Notes: a model not told the origin generated them from the letters alone. Positions 10,701 to 19,871 are shown, counted from the first letter of the stretch. The stretch is 64,000 nucleotides of DNA from Candidatus Krumholzibacteriales bacterium (GCA_046483305.1 JAWODM010000046.1:72145-136144); one strand, 5' to 3'. Numbers and translations: made by a program.

Positions 10701-11276
10701 CTCCAGCTCTCTATCCATATTGATGAGAGCCAGGGCCAGAGAATATTTCGCTACCGGTATAAGGTCTTCGTTCCCTGTTACCTTTATCAGTTTTTTCAGA
10801 ATCAGGGAAGCTTCTTCCGGATTGCCGGCTTTCAGAAGTGATTCTCCGGCCTCTAAAAGAGACCTGCCGGCCAGGGCGCAGCCAGGATATTCATCATTGA
10901 CCATCAGAAATTCAGAGGCCGCCTCCGCGTACATCTCAAGCTTCTTCATTATACGGCCCCGGTAGAATCTGGCTTTGCAGACCTCTTCAGCCCCCGGGTA
11001 TTTGTTCAGATAGCTCTGGAAGGTCTCCAGCGCCTTTTCAGCCCTGCCCGCCTGCATCCATGATTCTCCCGCCAGAAACAGGGCCCCGGGGCATAGAGCG
11101 CTTTCCGGATAGCGGTCGCAGAACCTGATATACTCTTCCGCCGCCGCAACGAACATCTTATCCCGACGAAGTTTTTCAGCAAAACTGAAATCTTCGTTTT
11201 CCCCGGCCCGCGCCTGATGGAAACAGGACAGCAATATCAGAACAAACAGGGCGGGGAAAATATATTTTCTCAGCAA
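7671..11276 (-). CDS. Large exported tetratricopeptide-repeat protein (about 1200 aa, CpoB/BamD-like TPR units)
   Basis: Signal-peptide-like N-terminus (RKYIFPALFVLILLSCFHQARA) after AAGGAGG + TTG at 11276; many A..A...Y/F...YP.S repeats along the whole length. Confidence 0.85.
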   Translation of the reverse strand: MLRKYIFPALFVLILLSCFHQARAGENEDFSFAEKLRRDKMFVAAAEEYIRFCDRYPESALCPGALFLAGESWMQAGRAEKALETFQSYLNKYPGAEEVCKARFYRGRIMKKLEMYAEAASEFLMVNDEYPGCALAGRSLLEAGESLLKAGNPEEASLILKKLIKVTGNEDLIPVAKYSLALALINMDRELEACRELETITEKYPDSPLAGMALLKLGKDAASSGRTDRAEEYFSRILETRQEENLREKGIFNLILLYSETGNPEQVLEKSRRYLSIFEDGERRIDVYRFAIRASGLRENGEKALGLIDRYRTEYPQADSTGWTYAMKARIQGERGKTDEALKELEKMSDRYPGAVYSPEILLLRAELNSRKGRYPESARFYRMALSEGLEPGLKGKALAELARLYISELNDTLAAAGLWEEAASYAAPELREKALFNAAGIRESAGDLDGAAALYRKVIEEFPGGEREAEAGRRLELINLRPKADRDFAGSVHRLLLGEEVPGSLLIDAAGTYLDYSLIDQALAMLEEAASRELSGEDAARLEFYLGKAYSDRYKRSLPGGEKREDDLEKALSHWRTGANRYSGTSWGEKSYRSYLERKLESWDLSRRLSGLDKYMEYYGSRESSIWALKKKAGYLFAAAESGAGWAADSALAACRQWGALSPPECDMAEITRKRAYIYERKGDDARAASLLSEYTGKFPSCGCDPQAGYDLGELRIKLKQYGKAKEAFQYCLDCGAGGMRVNCRLRKGDCHFYLKDYSGAEEEYSSVSERSPGSQAAAVADFRRALALEKMGKGEKADSVYIALLEKENAGSSIRARAMEKLGRKNLQAGNYSRAEEYFSELVRMTGSPDNRIVYAEILLKQGDYGEAEKLFSGALRYEETDSLRILAGRAVARYRAGMIDSADADLSLLRERYPSDRRIPEVILEKGRMLIENERYGDARQLFDSLAGRYDDYSDESLYYLALCDINSGGYREAEEKLVRHLREAPHSSLSCAAAFKLAFVQSKLEKMNLAARNYSLASESCPDRDLRFRALRNLANIYQKMENWEQAASVWFRLVEDYPARDDIVDILFNLGFAYGQSGQYRLARDVYSRITSITAEEGELGRAYYWIGINLKNLGEYDDAVRQFLRVPYLRTGGMWGVTSRLEAAGCYRKMGRNDEAAGIYRAVLEKYGEGSDWGRIAAGYLQQMNDRQKQTDGQK

Positions 11277-11325
11277 AATTTCCTCCTTGGATAACAGTTC
11301 GGCCGGAGGCCGGAAAACACTGAAA

Positions 11326-11354
11326 AAAATAGTAAAAACCGGCTTCGACGTCAA
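11326..11354 (-). promoter_or_regulatory. Candidate sigma70 promoter for the TPR gene
   Basis: TTGACG-N17-TATTTT on the minus strand about 50 nt upstream of the TTG start. Confidence 0.35.
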
Positions 11355-11397
11355 CTCCGAAGCATTCATGCGCCGATCCGGCTGCCCGGCCTTTTCA

Positions 11398-12693
11398 TCA
11401 CGGTGACAGGCGGTTGAGAAGCCTGGGGAACGGTATGGTTTCCCTGACGTGCTGTATTCCGCATATATAGGTCAGGAAACGCTCCAGGCCGAGCCCGAAT
11501 CCGGAATGAGGAAAAGCGCCGTACCTTCTCAGGTCCAGATACCACTCAAAATCCTCCTGGGAGAGGCCATCCTCCCTTATCTTCTCCTTGAGAAATTCCA
11601 GATCGTAGGCCCTCTGGCCTCCCCCGATTATTTCTCCGTAGCCCTCCGAGGCGAGAAGGTCCACGGAGAGGCTCAGCGATTCATTCTCAGGGTCCGGTTC
11701 CATATAGAATGCCTTTATGGCGGCCGGGAACCGGTGAACAAAAAACGGCCTGTCGAATTCTTCGCTCAGAACGGTTTCATGATTTCCGCCGAAATCCCTG
11801 CCGTACTCAAAATCTTCTCCCTTATCCCTGAGTATCCCGGCAGCCTGGTCATAAGAAATCCTGGGGAAAGGAGCCCTGACCTTCTTCAGCTTCTCCACAT
11901 CCCTGCCCAGGACATCCCTCAGCGAATCTTCGAATTCATCTACGAGCCTGGAGGTGACCTCGGCGACAAAGTCCTCGGCCAGTTCCATTATATCGTCGAG
12001 GTCCGCGAAGGCGACTTCCGGCTCAACCATCCAGAATTCAATCAGATGGCGCCTGGTCTTGCTCTTCTCAGCCCGGAAAGTGGGGCCGAAACAGTACACC
12101 TTTCTGAAAGCCGCGGCGGTTGCCTCGTTATACAGCTGGCCGCTCTGGGTCAGGTAGGCGTTATCCCCGAAATAATCGGTTTTGAACAGGGTGGTGGTTC
12201 CTTCACAGGCATTAGGAGTAAATATTGGAGTATCGCAGCACACAAATCCCCTGTTATCAAAAAATTCCCTGATGTAGCGAATTGCCGAAGCCCTTATCCG
12301 GAGAATAAGATTCTGCTTCGAGCTCCTGAGCCATAGGTGGCGGTTGTCCAGCAGAAAACTGTCTCCGTGCTCTTTGGGAGTGATCGGATAATTCTCCGAT
12401 AACTGAATTACCTCAAGGAAGTTCAGCTTCATCTCGAAACCCCCGGGAGCCCTGCTGTCTTCCACCACTTCACCCCGTACCTCCACCGAGGATTCCTGGG
12501 TCAGGCCCGAGGCTTTTTCAAAAGTCTCGGCGCCAACCTCCGACTCTTCCACAACACACTGTATCGTTCCGGTGCCGTCTCTGATAATAATAAACAGTAT
12601 CCTGCCGCTGGACCTGATATTGTATACCCAGCCCTTCAGCCCGGCTTCGCCGCCCACATATTTGCCGATATCCCTGATTTCTGCCACCTTCAT
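11398..12693 (-). CDS. asnS: Asparagine--tRNA ligase
   Basis: OB-fold N-terminus, [51 protein letters not shown]; start MKVAEI at 12693. Confidence 0.95.
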   Translation of the reverse strand: MKVAEIRDIGKYVGGEAGLKGWVYNIRSSGRILFIIIRDGTGTIQCVVEESEVGAETFEKASGLTQESSVEVRGEVVEDSRAPGGFEMKLNFLEVIQLSENYPITPKEHGDSFLLDNRHLWLRSSKQNLILRIRASAIRYIREFFDNRGFVCCDTPIFTPNACEGTTTLFKTDYFGDNAYLTQSGQLYNEATAAAFRKVYCFGPTFRAEKSKTRRHLIEFWMVEPEVAFADLDDIMELAEDFVAEVTSRLVDEFEDSLRDVLGRDVEKLKKVRAPFPRISYDQAAGILRDKGEDFEYGRDFGGNHETVLSEEFDRPFFVHRFPAAIKAFYMEPDPENESLSLSVDLLASEGYGEIIGGGQRAYDLEFLKEKIREDGLSQEDFEWYLDLRRYGAFPHSGFGLGLERFLTYICGIQHVRETIPFPRLLNRLSP

Positions 12694-12853
12694 TCTGCCC
12701 CCTCTCTGACATATCCTGTTAATCAAATATATCGAATCCCGAAAGCCTGCCTTTGAGAATCGTACCGGAATACATCCAGCCGGCACATTCATATCAGAAG
12801 GGATTCTGCTGTTAATAACAATAAGAAACAATCGACAATAATTCAACATTTTA

Positions 12854-12869
12854 CGGCATGATTATTGCC
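12854..12869 (+). promoter_or_regulatory. Candidate sigma54 (-24/-12) promoter
   Basis: CGGCATG-ATTA-TTGC with exact GG-N10-GC spacing (GG 12855-56, GC 12867-68) in an AT-rich spacer, 60 nt upstream of CDS 12929. Confidence 0.55.
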
Positions 12870-12928
12870 AAAATAAAGAAGTAGAAAAACACAAAAAAAC
12901 TGAACCGTGCAGGAGAAATAAGCTGGAA

Positions 12929-14911
12929 GTGACTAAAAAACAACTAATTACGCGGTATGTTATGTATGTCTTGCTGCTGACACCCGTTCTTGCGGTTGCA
13001 TTCTGCAACCAGGCCGCCGGTGAACTTCTGCACGATATAAAGGATTCCAATCTCAGAAGTTACATCAGATCGCAGCTGGAGCTGAACCCGCCCGAGCTTG
13101 TTACCGCCTCCACTGTTCTTACCATGCAGGCCAGAGCGGCTCTGGAGAATGGAAATAAGGGGGAAGCTGTAAGAATGCTTACCGCCGCCCGGGATATTTC
13201 CAGCAGCAACTCCGAGCCTTCACTTCTTCTGGCAAAAATAGAACTGACAAGGGGGCGGCCGGAATTTCTGCTGCATCTTATCGACGCCCTGAAAATTCAG
13301 ACCGGCTCCTTTTATAAATCAGCTCTCCTGCAACTCAATTTATTCATTCTGCTGCTATCGGCGGCGGGGATGGCCGCAGTCCTGTATCTGCTGACGCTGG
13401 CCGTCAAATACAACAACGAGATATTTCATAACCCCGAGGAGATATTCTCGGCCAGATTCAAGGTGCCGCGGGCCGGATACCTGGGGATGGCCGCGCTGCT
13501 GGCTCTGGTAATTCTGCGGCCCGGGTTCGCAATCTATATCATCCTGCTTTCGGCACTGGTATGGAGGGTCATTTCCCGGAAGGAAAAAACAGCCCTGGCG
13601 TTGATGACTATACTGATTGCAGCAGCCGCCCTCTTCGCTCAGCAGGTAGACAATTACGGGCCCGCAGTTGATGAACGAAGCATCACCAGGAAACTATCCC
13701 TGTTAAATGAACAGGGCGCCACCGGCATGATGGCAGATATGATCAGGGATATTGACAACCCTGAATTCAGCGCGGAAAAGAACTTCGCGCTGGGAACACT
13801 TATGTACAGAAGAGGCAACCTCGCCGCCTCACGTGAATATCTCAAGAGATCCATAGCGGAAAGGAATGATTTCCTCCCCTCATACATAAACCTGGGTAAC
13901 GTCTATTTCATGGAGAACGATTTTGACAGGGCACTGGCCGGATACCGGAACGCGACCACTCTGGATTCCACCAGCGCAATCGCTCACTATAACATCGGCC
14001 AGACCTGCATCAAGAAGATGCACTTCAACCTTTCCAGCACCGCCCTGAAGAAGGCCCGCAGGTTTGGAATAGAAGATTACAGGGAAGATAACCCGGTGGT
14101 AAGAATCACCAACCCGGAAGTTCTGAGCTGCGGGTTCAGGAAGGCGGACCTTCGGGAGATATCGACCCGGGAAAGCAGGCTTAAGAGTTTCAGCATACTC
14201 GACCTGGTGTTCAGGCCGCTCATCTTCATTCCGGTTGGCTGGCTCTGGCTGCTGATGCCCGCGGGAATACTGCTGGGTTTAATAATATCGCTCGCCACGC
14301 CCTCCGAATGGAAAATATTTTACTGCGATAACTGCAATAAGCCGGTCTGCTCCAGCTGCGTGGATACCGGCAGAGGGATTAACCTCTGTTCAGAATGCAG
14401 CGCGGTAGTAGAAAGTTTGTCCAGCGTCAAGGTAATGGAAGCTCTGCTCAGGAGAAGGAGGCAGAACAAGGCCAGCGATTACATTAAATGGAAATGGAGG
14501 ATGCTCAGAATTCTCCCCGGAGGGCCTCACATTCTCAGGGGGAAGACCGGCGCCGGCCTGATTATAATGACCATATTTTCGATCTCCGTCAACCTGATGA
14601 TCAGGAACGGCTTCTATTTCAAGGATCCCAGATTCATATTCACGCCGGATTCACTGTGGAGAATAATAGTGCCATTATCGGTAATCGCGTTTCTTTATCT
14701 TGTCTCGCTGCGCCTTCCCAAACCGGAGGGATCGAGACGCTACTATATCCTTCCCCAGGAATTCCAGAGCGTTCCCGAAGAGGAACCGGAGCGGGATATC
14801 GGTACAAATGGTTACCTCATGGAACAAGAGGAAGAACAAGGGGTTACGCCCGGCGCGGCGCCAGGCGAGGAAGTTCAGGACCCCTTCAATACCTTTATAG
14901 ATTTAATTTAG
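12929..14911 (+). CDS. Polytopic membrane protein with TPR repeats and a Cys-rich (B-box-like) Zn-finger; function unknown
   Basis: Several hydrophobic segments; TPRs (SYINLGNVYFMENDFDRALAGYRNA, AHYNIGQ); CDNC-x4-CSSC-x8-CSEC; acidic tail. Confidence 0.8.
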   Translation: MTKKQLITRYVMYVLLLTPVLAVAFCNQAAGELLHDIKDSNLRSYIRSQLELNPPELVTASTVLTMQARAALENGNKGEAVRMLTAARDISSSNSEPSLLLAKIELTRGRPEFLLHLIDALKIQTGSFYKSALLQLNLFILLLSAAGMAAVLYLLTLAVKYNNEIFHNPEEIFSARFKVPRAGYLGMAALLALVILRPGFAIYIILLSALVWRVISRKEKTALALMTILIAAAALFAQQVDNYGPAVDERSITRKLSLLNEQGATGMMADMIRDIDNPEFSAEKNFALGTLMYRRGNLAASREYLKRSIAERNDFLPSYINLGNVYFMENDFDRALAGYRNATTLDSTSAIAHYNIGQTCIKKMHFNLSSTALKKARRFGIEDYREDNPVVRITNPEVLSCGFRKADLREISTRESRLKSFSILDLVFRPLIFIPVGWLWLLMPAGILLGLIISLATPSEWKIFYCDNCNKPVCSSCVDTGRGINLCSECSAVVESLSSVKVMEALLRRRRQNKASDYIKWKWRMLRILPGGPHILRGKTGAGLIIMTIFSISVNLMIRNGFYFKDPRFIFTPDSLWRIIVPLSVIAFLYLVSLRLPKPEGSRRYYILPQEFQSVPEEEPERDIGTNGYLMEQEEEQGVTPGAAPGEEVQDPFNTFIDLI

Positions 14912-14924
14912 CAGAGGACTGCGG

Positions 14925-16046
14925 ATGGGATTCGAAGGAGATGTAAAAGATTTTGGCCTGAGTGAGATATTCCAGCTCATTTCGGTTCAGCAGAAATCAG
15001 GCATGCTGCTGGTATCGGGGGAAGGCAATATCGCTGTCTTTTTCAACGAAGGGCTGATAATATCAACCAGAGACCGCAGAAACCGCTCTGCGGACCCTCT
15101 GAAAGACTACATGATCAGGTACGGTTTCCTGAGCAGGGAGGTGCTCAGGAAGATCAACCGGATTCAGGAAGAAAGCAAGCTGGACCTGACAGAAATCCTC
15201 ATATCTGAAAAACACTTCTCCGAAGACGAGCTCAGTATAATTTTTCAGGATCAGATTTATGAGACCATTCAGGAAGCTATTAACTGGCCTCAGAGCCATT
15301 ATAAATTCATTTCGGGGAAAAACCTGCTTCAGGGCGTAAAATCCTACGCCTCCATAAAGGTGGATGCCGTCCTGATGGAGAGTATGCGCAGAATAGATGA
15401 ATTCCCCCGGCTGCTGGATGAATTCCCTTCTATGGAAATGGTTATCAGCAGGAAGCCCCCCCCCGAAGGAAAACCGCCTGAAATGAAGGGAAATATGGAG
15501 TTCATTTACGAACTTCTCAAGAACAGCATGAACCTGGACCGGATCATATCAAGCGGCAAGATGGCCAGATTCTGCGTATATGATGCATTGAATAAACTCA
15601 GGGAAGAAGATCTGATCGAACTGGCTATACCCCATGAAACGCCTGAGATCGAAATCAGGGAAGAAGAGAAAGAGGTATCCGGGCGCAGTTATTCAGTGCC
15701 GGTTCTGGTAATCGCGGCGGTTCTTGCCGCCTGCTTCATCGCCGGAGAATACCTGGTACCGGCGGTTCTTCCTCCGGGATGGCCAGTCATGGCACCGGCG
15801 GGCAGGAAGGCCGGAGGCACAGGGACGGATATCCCCGGCATCGATGAGATCAGGGCCCGCCAGCTGGAGAAGAAGATTTCCGCCTCCCTGGAAGCGTACA
15901 GAGCAAGCGAGGGATCATACCCCGTGACTATTGAGATCCTGTCTATGAAAGGCTATACTGACCAAGAAACAATTACCCTCTGCAAGGAGAGAGGTTACAG
16001 TTACAGACTCATCGATAACGGGCAGAACTTCGATCTCAGAAGATAA
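14925..16046 (+). CDS. DUF4388 (PATAN-like) domain membrane protein with a C-terminal pseudopilin/GspG-like segment
   Basis: N-terminal GFEGDVKDFGLSEIFQLISVQQKSGML and VLMESMRRIDE are typical of DUF4388 proteins; one TM helix; C-terminal SLEAYRASEGSYP..I..L...GY. Confidence 0.8.
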   Translation: MGFEGDVKDFGLSEIFQLISVQQKSGMLLVSGEGNIAVFFNEGLIISTRDRRNRSADPLKDYMIRYGFLSREVLRKINRIQEESKLDLTEILISEKHFSEDELSIIFQDQIYETIQEAINWPQSHYKFISGKNLLQGVKSYASIKVDAVLMESMRRIDEFPRLLDEFPSMEMVISRKPPPEGKPPEMKGNMEFIYELLKNSMNLDRIISSGKMARFCVYDALNKLREEDLIELAIPHETPEIEIREEEKEVSGRSYSVPVLVIAAVLAACFIAGEYLVPAVLPPGWPVMAPAGRKAGGTGTDIPGIDEIRARQLEKKISASLEAYRASEGSYPVTIEILSMKGYTDQETITLCKERGYSYRLIDNGQNFDLRR

Positions 16047-16066
16047 ACCTGAAGCTCCGGAAAAGG

Positions 16067-16942
16067 TCATTCCCCCCGCCCCAGGCTCTTTATAACCGGC
16101 GTCAGTACAGAGACCGCATTGATTGCCCTTCCCTTAAGGTCCTCCATCCAGAATAGATTGCCCCTTGATAGCTTGCTCTTGACTGTAAATGCCGAATCTA
16201 TCAGGTATACCCCTTCGCGCCTCAGCATGAAAGGATCGATCCTGCTGTTCGCGAACGGAGGGTAAAGCGAAAAAGCAAGCCGGTAGCCGGCTTTTTCCGC
16301 TTCTCTTCTAACCTCCGGGCCGGCTCTGCCGAAGGGATAGCTGAGGCTTTTCGCCTCCACGCCCAGTTTTTCCCTGATAGCCTCCCTGGAAATAATCATC
16401 TCCCGGCGGGCCTGCTCAACCGGGATCCGGGTAAGGTCCCGGTGGGTGGCTGTATGGGATCCCAGAGTAAAACCCATACTCAGCAACTGTCCGAGCTGTT
16501 CCCAGTCCATGTGTCTGGATTTTCGCCGGGGAAGGTTAAGCTCCCACCTGTTTTCTCTGCCCGCGAATGAAGTCACTATGAAAGCAAGGGCCGGTACAGA
16601 CCTGCTATTCAGGATGGGAGCGGCCTGATGAAGCAGGTCGCAGTATCCGTCGTCAAAAGTCAGCAGCAGTTCTCTGCCGCTTCCCTCTACCCTCCCCTCC
16701 ACCATGTCGAGGAAGGTATCTTCATCTATGAAAATGAAACCGGAATCAAGGAGATAATCGATATGATAAGCGAACCTGCCCGGGGAAATCCAGGTTCCGC
16801 TGAACTCGAAGCCGTCTATCTTATGGTAGGCCAGGACGCCGGGGAAGAAACTATCCGGCTTGCCGTAATTCCTTTTCCAGTAAAGATAAGAACCTGCCGC
16901 CGCCAGTAATAAAAGCAGAAATATCAACAGGGGAAGATCCAC
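16067..16942 (-). CDS. Membrane-anchored polysaccharide deacetylase (NodB/CE4 family)
   Basis: N-terminal TM, LAYHKI, LTFDDG, GSHTATH, SYPFG. Confidence 0.9.
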   Translation of the reverse strand: MDLPLLIFLLLLLAAAGSYLYWKRNYGKPDSFFPGVLAYHKIDGFEFSGTWISPGRFAYHIDYLLDSGFIFIDEDTFLDMVEGRVEGSGRELLLTFDDGYCDLLHQAAPILNSRSVPALAFIVTSFAGRENRWELNLPRRKSRHMDWEQLGQLLSMGFTLGSHTATHRDLTRIPVEQARREMIISREAIREKLGVEAKSLSYPFGRAGPEVRREAEKAGYRLAFSLYPPFANSRIDPFMLRREGVYLIDSAFTVKSKLSRGNLFWMEDLKGRAINAVSVLTPVIKSLGRGE

Positions 16943-16950
16943 CTTTCACC

Positions 16951-17394
16951 CTAACCGGTATGACCGAATCCACCCTCACCCCTGGCAGTCCCGCTCAACT
17001 CCTCCCGTACCTCCAGGCTGGCATCTGGCAGCGAGCATATAACCATCTGGGCAATCCGGTCCCCTCTGTTCACCGTAAAGTCGGCCTCTCCGAAATTGTG
17101 AAGAATAACCCCTACTTCTCCCCTGTAATCGCTGTCCACAGTGCCCGGGCTGTTCAGGATACCTATCCCCTTCTCCAGAGCCAACCCGCTCCTGGGCCTT
17201 ATCTGCGCTTCGTACCCGGGTGGAACCGACAACTGTAATCCGGTGGGGACCATTCTGGTATCCCCCGGCCTGATAATCATTTCATCGCCGCAGGCGGCGC
17301 AGAGGTCATAACCGCTGGAACCTTCGGTCATGCGGGCAGGCTCCGGCAGGCCCCGGTGATGGGGCAGAAATGATATTCCAACCTTTACTGCCAA
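16951..17394 (-). CDS. dut: dUTP diphosphatase
   Basis: SGYDL, RPRSGLA, GTVDSDYRGE, RIAQ, RGEGGFGHTG. Confidence 0.97.
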   Translation of the reverse strand: MAVKVGISFLPHHRGLPEPARMTEGSSGYDLCAACGDEMIIRPGDTRMVPTGLQLSVPPGYEAQIRPRSGLALEKGIGILNSPGTVDSDYRGEVGVILHNFGEADFTVNRGDRIAQMVICSLPDASLEVREELSGTARGEGGFGHTG

Positions 17395-17447
17395 TAGAGT
17401 TCAACCCCCGGATGCAAAGCGGCTGCGGATTATACGGCGCCGACGGC

Positions 17448-19523
17448 CTAGTCGTCCAGAAGCACCTTCCGGCTCAATCTAATCTTCCCTTCCCTGTCTA
17501 TGTTGATAACCTTGACTTTGACCTCGTCGCCGACATTCAGAACATCCTCAACCTTGTCAATCCGCCTGTTCTCAATCTCGGAAATATGCAGCAGCCCCTC
17601 CCTGCCGGGAAGGATTTCCACGAAAGCTCCGAAATTGACAACGTTCTTAACGGTGCCGGTATATACCCTGTTTACTTCAGGGTCAGCGGTGACTTCTTCG
17701 ACCATCTGAACGGCCTTATCGCTGGAGGCCTTGTCGGAGGCCGCTATCAGTACGGTGCCGTCGTCGTCGATTTCAACTCTGGCCCCGGATTCCTCCTGAA
17801 TAAACCTGACCATCTTTCCACCCGGCCCGATCACCTTCCTGATCTTGTCTATGTCAACCTGTATCTTGACAATCTTGGGAGCGTTCGGCGATATATCGCT
17901 TCTGGGTTCAGGTATGGTGGCAAGCATCTTCTCCAGCACCTTTATCCTTGCCTTGCGGGCCTTATCCAGAGCCTCGCGCATCACCTCCCGGGAGATTCCC
18001 GATATCTTGGTATCCATCTGGAAGGCGGTAATGCCGTCTATGGAACCAACCACCTTGAAATCCATATCCCCGAGGTGATCTTCCAGGCCGGAGATATCAG
18101 TGAGGATAGCAAAGTTGTCGCCTTCCCTGACCAGTCCCATCGCTATACCCGCCAGCGGCTTGTCTATCGGTACTCCGGCATCCATCAGAGCCAGGGTGCC
18201 CCCGCAAACTGTTGCCATCGAACTGGAACCGTTGGATTCCATAATGTCCGAGACAATCCTGATGGTATAGGGGAAATCCTCCTCGGAGGGAATAACCGGC
18301 TGAATAGAACGCTCCGCCAGCACGCCGTGGCCTATTTCACGCCTGCCGGGGCCCCTGAAAAATCCAACCTCTCCCACACTGTAAGGCGGGAAGTTGTAAT
18401 GAAGCAGGAACTTCTTCCAGGATTCACCGCTGAGAGCATCTATCCTTTTCTCATCCTGGGAGGTTCCCAGAGTAACTACCACCAGGCTCTGGGTCTCGCC
18501 CCTGGTAAACAGAGCGCTTCCGTGTGTCTCCGGCATAACCTGGACCTCGCAGGAGATGTCCCTGATATCATCCATGCCCCTGCCGTCAACGCGCCGGTTC
18601 TCTCTCAGGATCATATCCCTGACTAACTCGCGTTCGATATCTTCCATGAATCCGGCAATTTCCTTGCCCGATTCAGGATATTCTTCTTCAAACTTCTCTA
18701 TTGCTTCCTTCCTCAGCCGGGAAAGGGCTCTCTGTCTCTTCAGTTTTCCCTGAATAGTATTTCTCTCCCGGATCTTATCGGTGTACTGATCCCTTACCTT
18801 CTTTTCCAGCTCCCTGTCGGCCTCGACAGCCTTGACCTCTCTCTTCTCAGGCAGGTCGCACTGCTGCAGGAATTCTCTCTGCAGCGAATTGAGTTCCTTT
18901 ATCCTGGCATGTCCGAAATCCAGAGCGTCCAGCAGCAGGTCTTCTGGAACCCCGGCTGCTTCTCCCTCTACCATTACTATCGCTTCATCTGTTCCGGCGA
19001 TCACTATATTGAGTTCGCTTTCCTCCGATTCGGCGAAGGAGGGATTAATGATAAACTTGCCATCCTTCCTTCCCACCCGGACACCGCTCAGAATAGTGTC
19101 GAAAGGAATGTTGGAAAGATTGAGAGCCAGCGAAGCGCCCGTAATACCAAGCACATCTGACTGCTGCTTCTGATCGCTGCTCAATACGCTGCACGCGATC
19201 TGAACCTCGCAGTTGAAACCGTCCGGAAACAGAGGCCTGATCGGCCTGTCTATCATACGGCAGCTGACTATCTCCCTCTCGCTGGGTCTTCCTTCTCTCT
19301 TGAAGAAACCGCCCGGAATCTTTCCGGCGGCGTAAAACTTCTCTCTGTACTCTACGAAAAGCGGGAAGAAATCCTTGTCGGTTTCCTCCTCGGAGGCGAC
19401 TGCGGTAACCAGCACCGTAGTGCCGCTCTCTCTAACCAGTACCGAACCGTCTGCCTGCCTCGCAACTCTCCCGGTCTCGAATAATTGCTCTTTTCCATCA
19501 ATCGTGAATTTCTTTCTTATCAT
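17448..19523 (-). CDS. pnp: Polyribonucleotide nucleotidyltransferase
   Basis: GKIPGGFFKREGRP, RREIGHG, SNGSSSMA, GDMDFKV, KH and S1 domains; start MIRKKF at 19523. Confidence 0.98.
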   Translation of the reverse strand: MIRKKFTIDGKEQLFETGRVARQADGSVLVRESGTTVLVTAVASEEETDKDFFPLFVEYREKFYAAGKIPGGFFKREGRPSEREIVSCRMIDRPIRPLFPDGFNCEVQIACSVLSSDQKQQSDVLGITGASLALNLSNIPFDTILSGVRVGRKDGKFIINPSFAESEESELNIVIAGTDEAIVMVEGEAAGVPEDLLLDALDFGHARIKELNSLQREFLQQCDLPEKREVKAVEADRELEKKVRDQYTDKIRERNTIQGKLKRQRALSRLRKEAIEKFEEEYPESGKEIAGFMEDIERELVRDMILRENRRVDGRGMDDIRDISCEVQVMPETHGSALFTRGETQSLVVVTLGTSQDEKRIDALSGESWKKFLLHYNFPPYSVGEVGFFRGPGRREIGHGVLAERSIQPVIPSEEDFPYTIRIVSDIMESNGSSSMATVCGGTLALMDAGVPIDKPLAGIAMGLVREGDNFAILTDISGLEDHLGDMDFKVVGSIDGITAFQMDTKISGISREVMREALDKARKARIKVLEKMLATIPEPRSDISPNAPKIVKIQVDIDKIRKVIGPGGKMVRFIQEESGARVEIDDDGTVLIAASDKASSDKAVQMVEEVTADPEVNRVYTGTVKNVVNFGAFVEILPGREGLLHISEIENRRIDKVEDVLNVGDEVKVKVINIDREGKIRLSRKVLLDD

Positions 19524-19601
19524 AAATCCTCTCCCTATAACTTCCTGACTGTAATTCACCCGGAATACACACCGGGCAAGACCGGACATTCAATAAGACA
19601 T

Positions 19602-19871
19602 CTATTTTCTAAGATTTAACTTCTTGATGAGCGATCTGTATTTTTCCAATCTGTGTTTCTTCAGATAATCGAGCAGTTTCCGTCTCCTTCCGACCATTTT
19701 CAGCAATCCCCTCCTGGAGGAATGATCCTTCTTGTGCTTCTTGAAATGCTCGGTCAGAATATTAATCCGCCTGGTGAGAATAGCTATCTGCACTTCCGGT
19801 GAGCCTGAATCAGAATCATGAAGCTGAAATTCCTCAATTACCTCTTTCTTTTCATCTTTCTCCAATGCCAT
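19602..19871 (-). CDS. rpsO: 30S ribosomal protein S15
   Basis: [41 protein letters not shown] 19871 after AAGGAGG. Confidence 0.98.
   Translation of the reverse strand: MALEKDEKKEVIEEFQLHDSDSGSPEVQIAILTRRINILTEHFKKHKKDHSSRRGLLKMVGRRRKLLDYLKKHRLEKYRSLIKKLNLRK

Noticed and set aside
17370..18626. 418-aa plus-strand ORF
   Set aside because: Antisense shadow of pnp; no recognisable motifs
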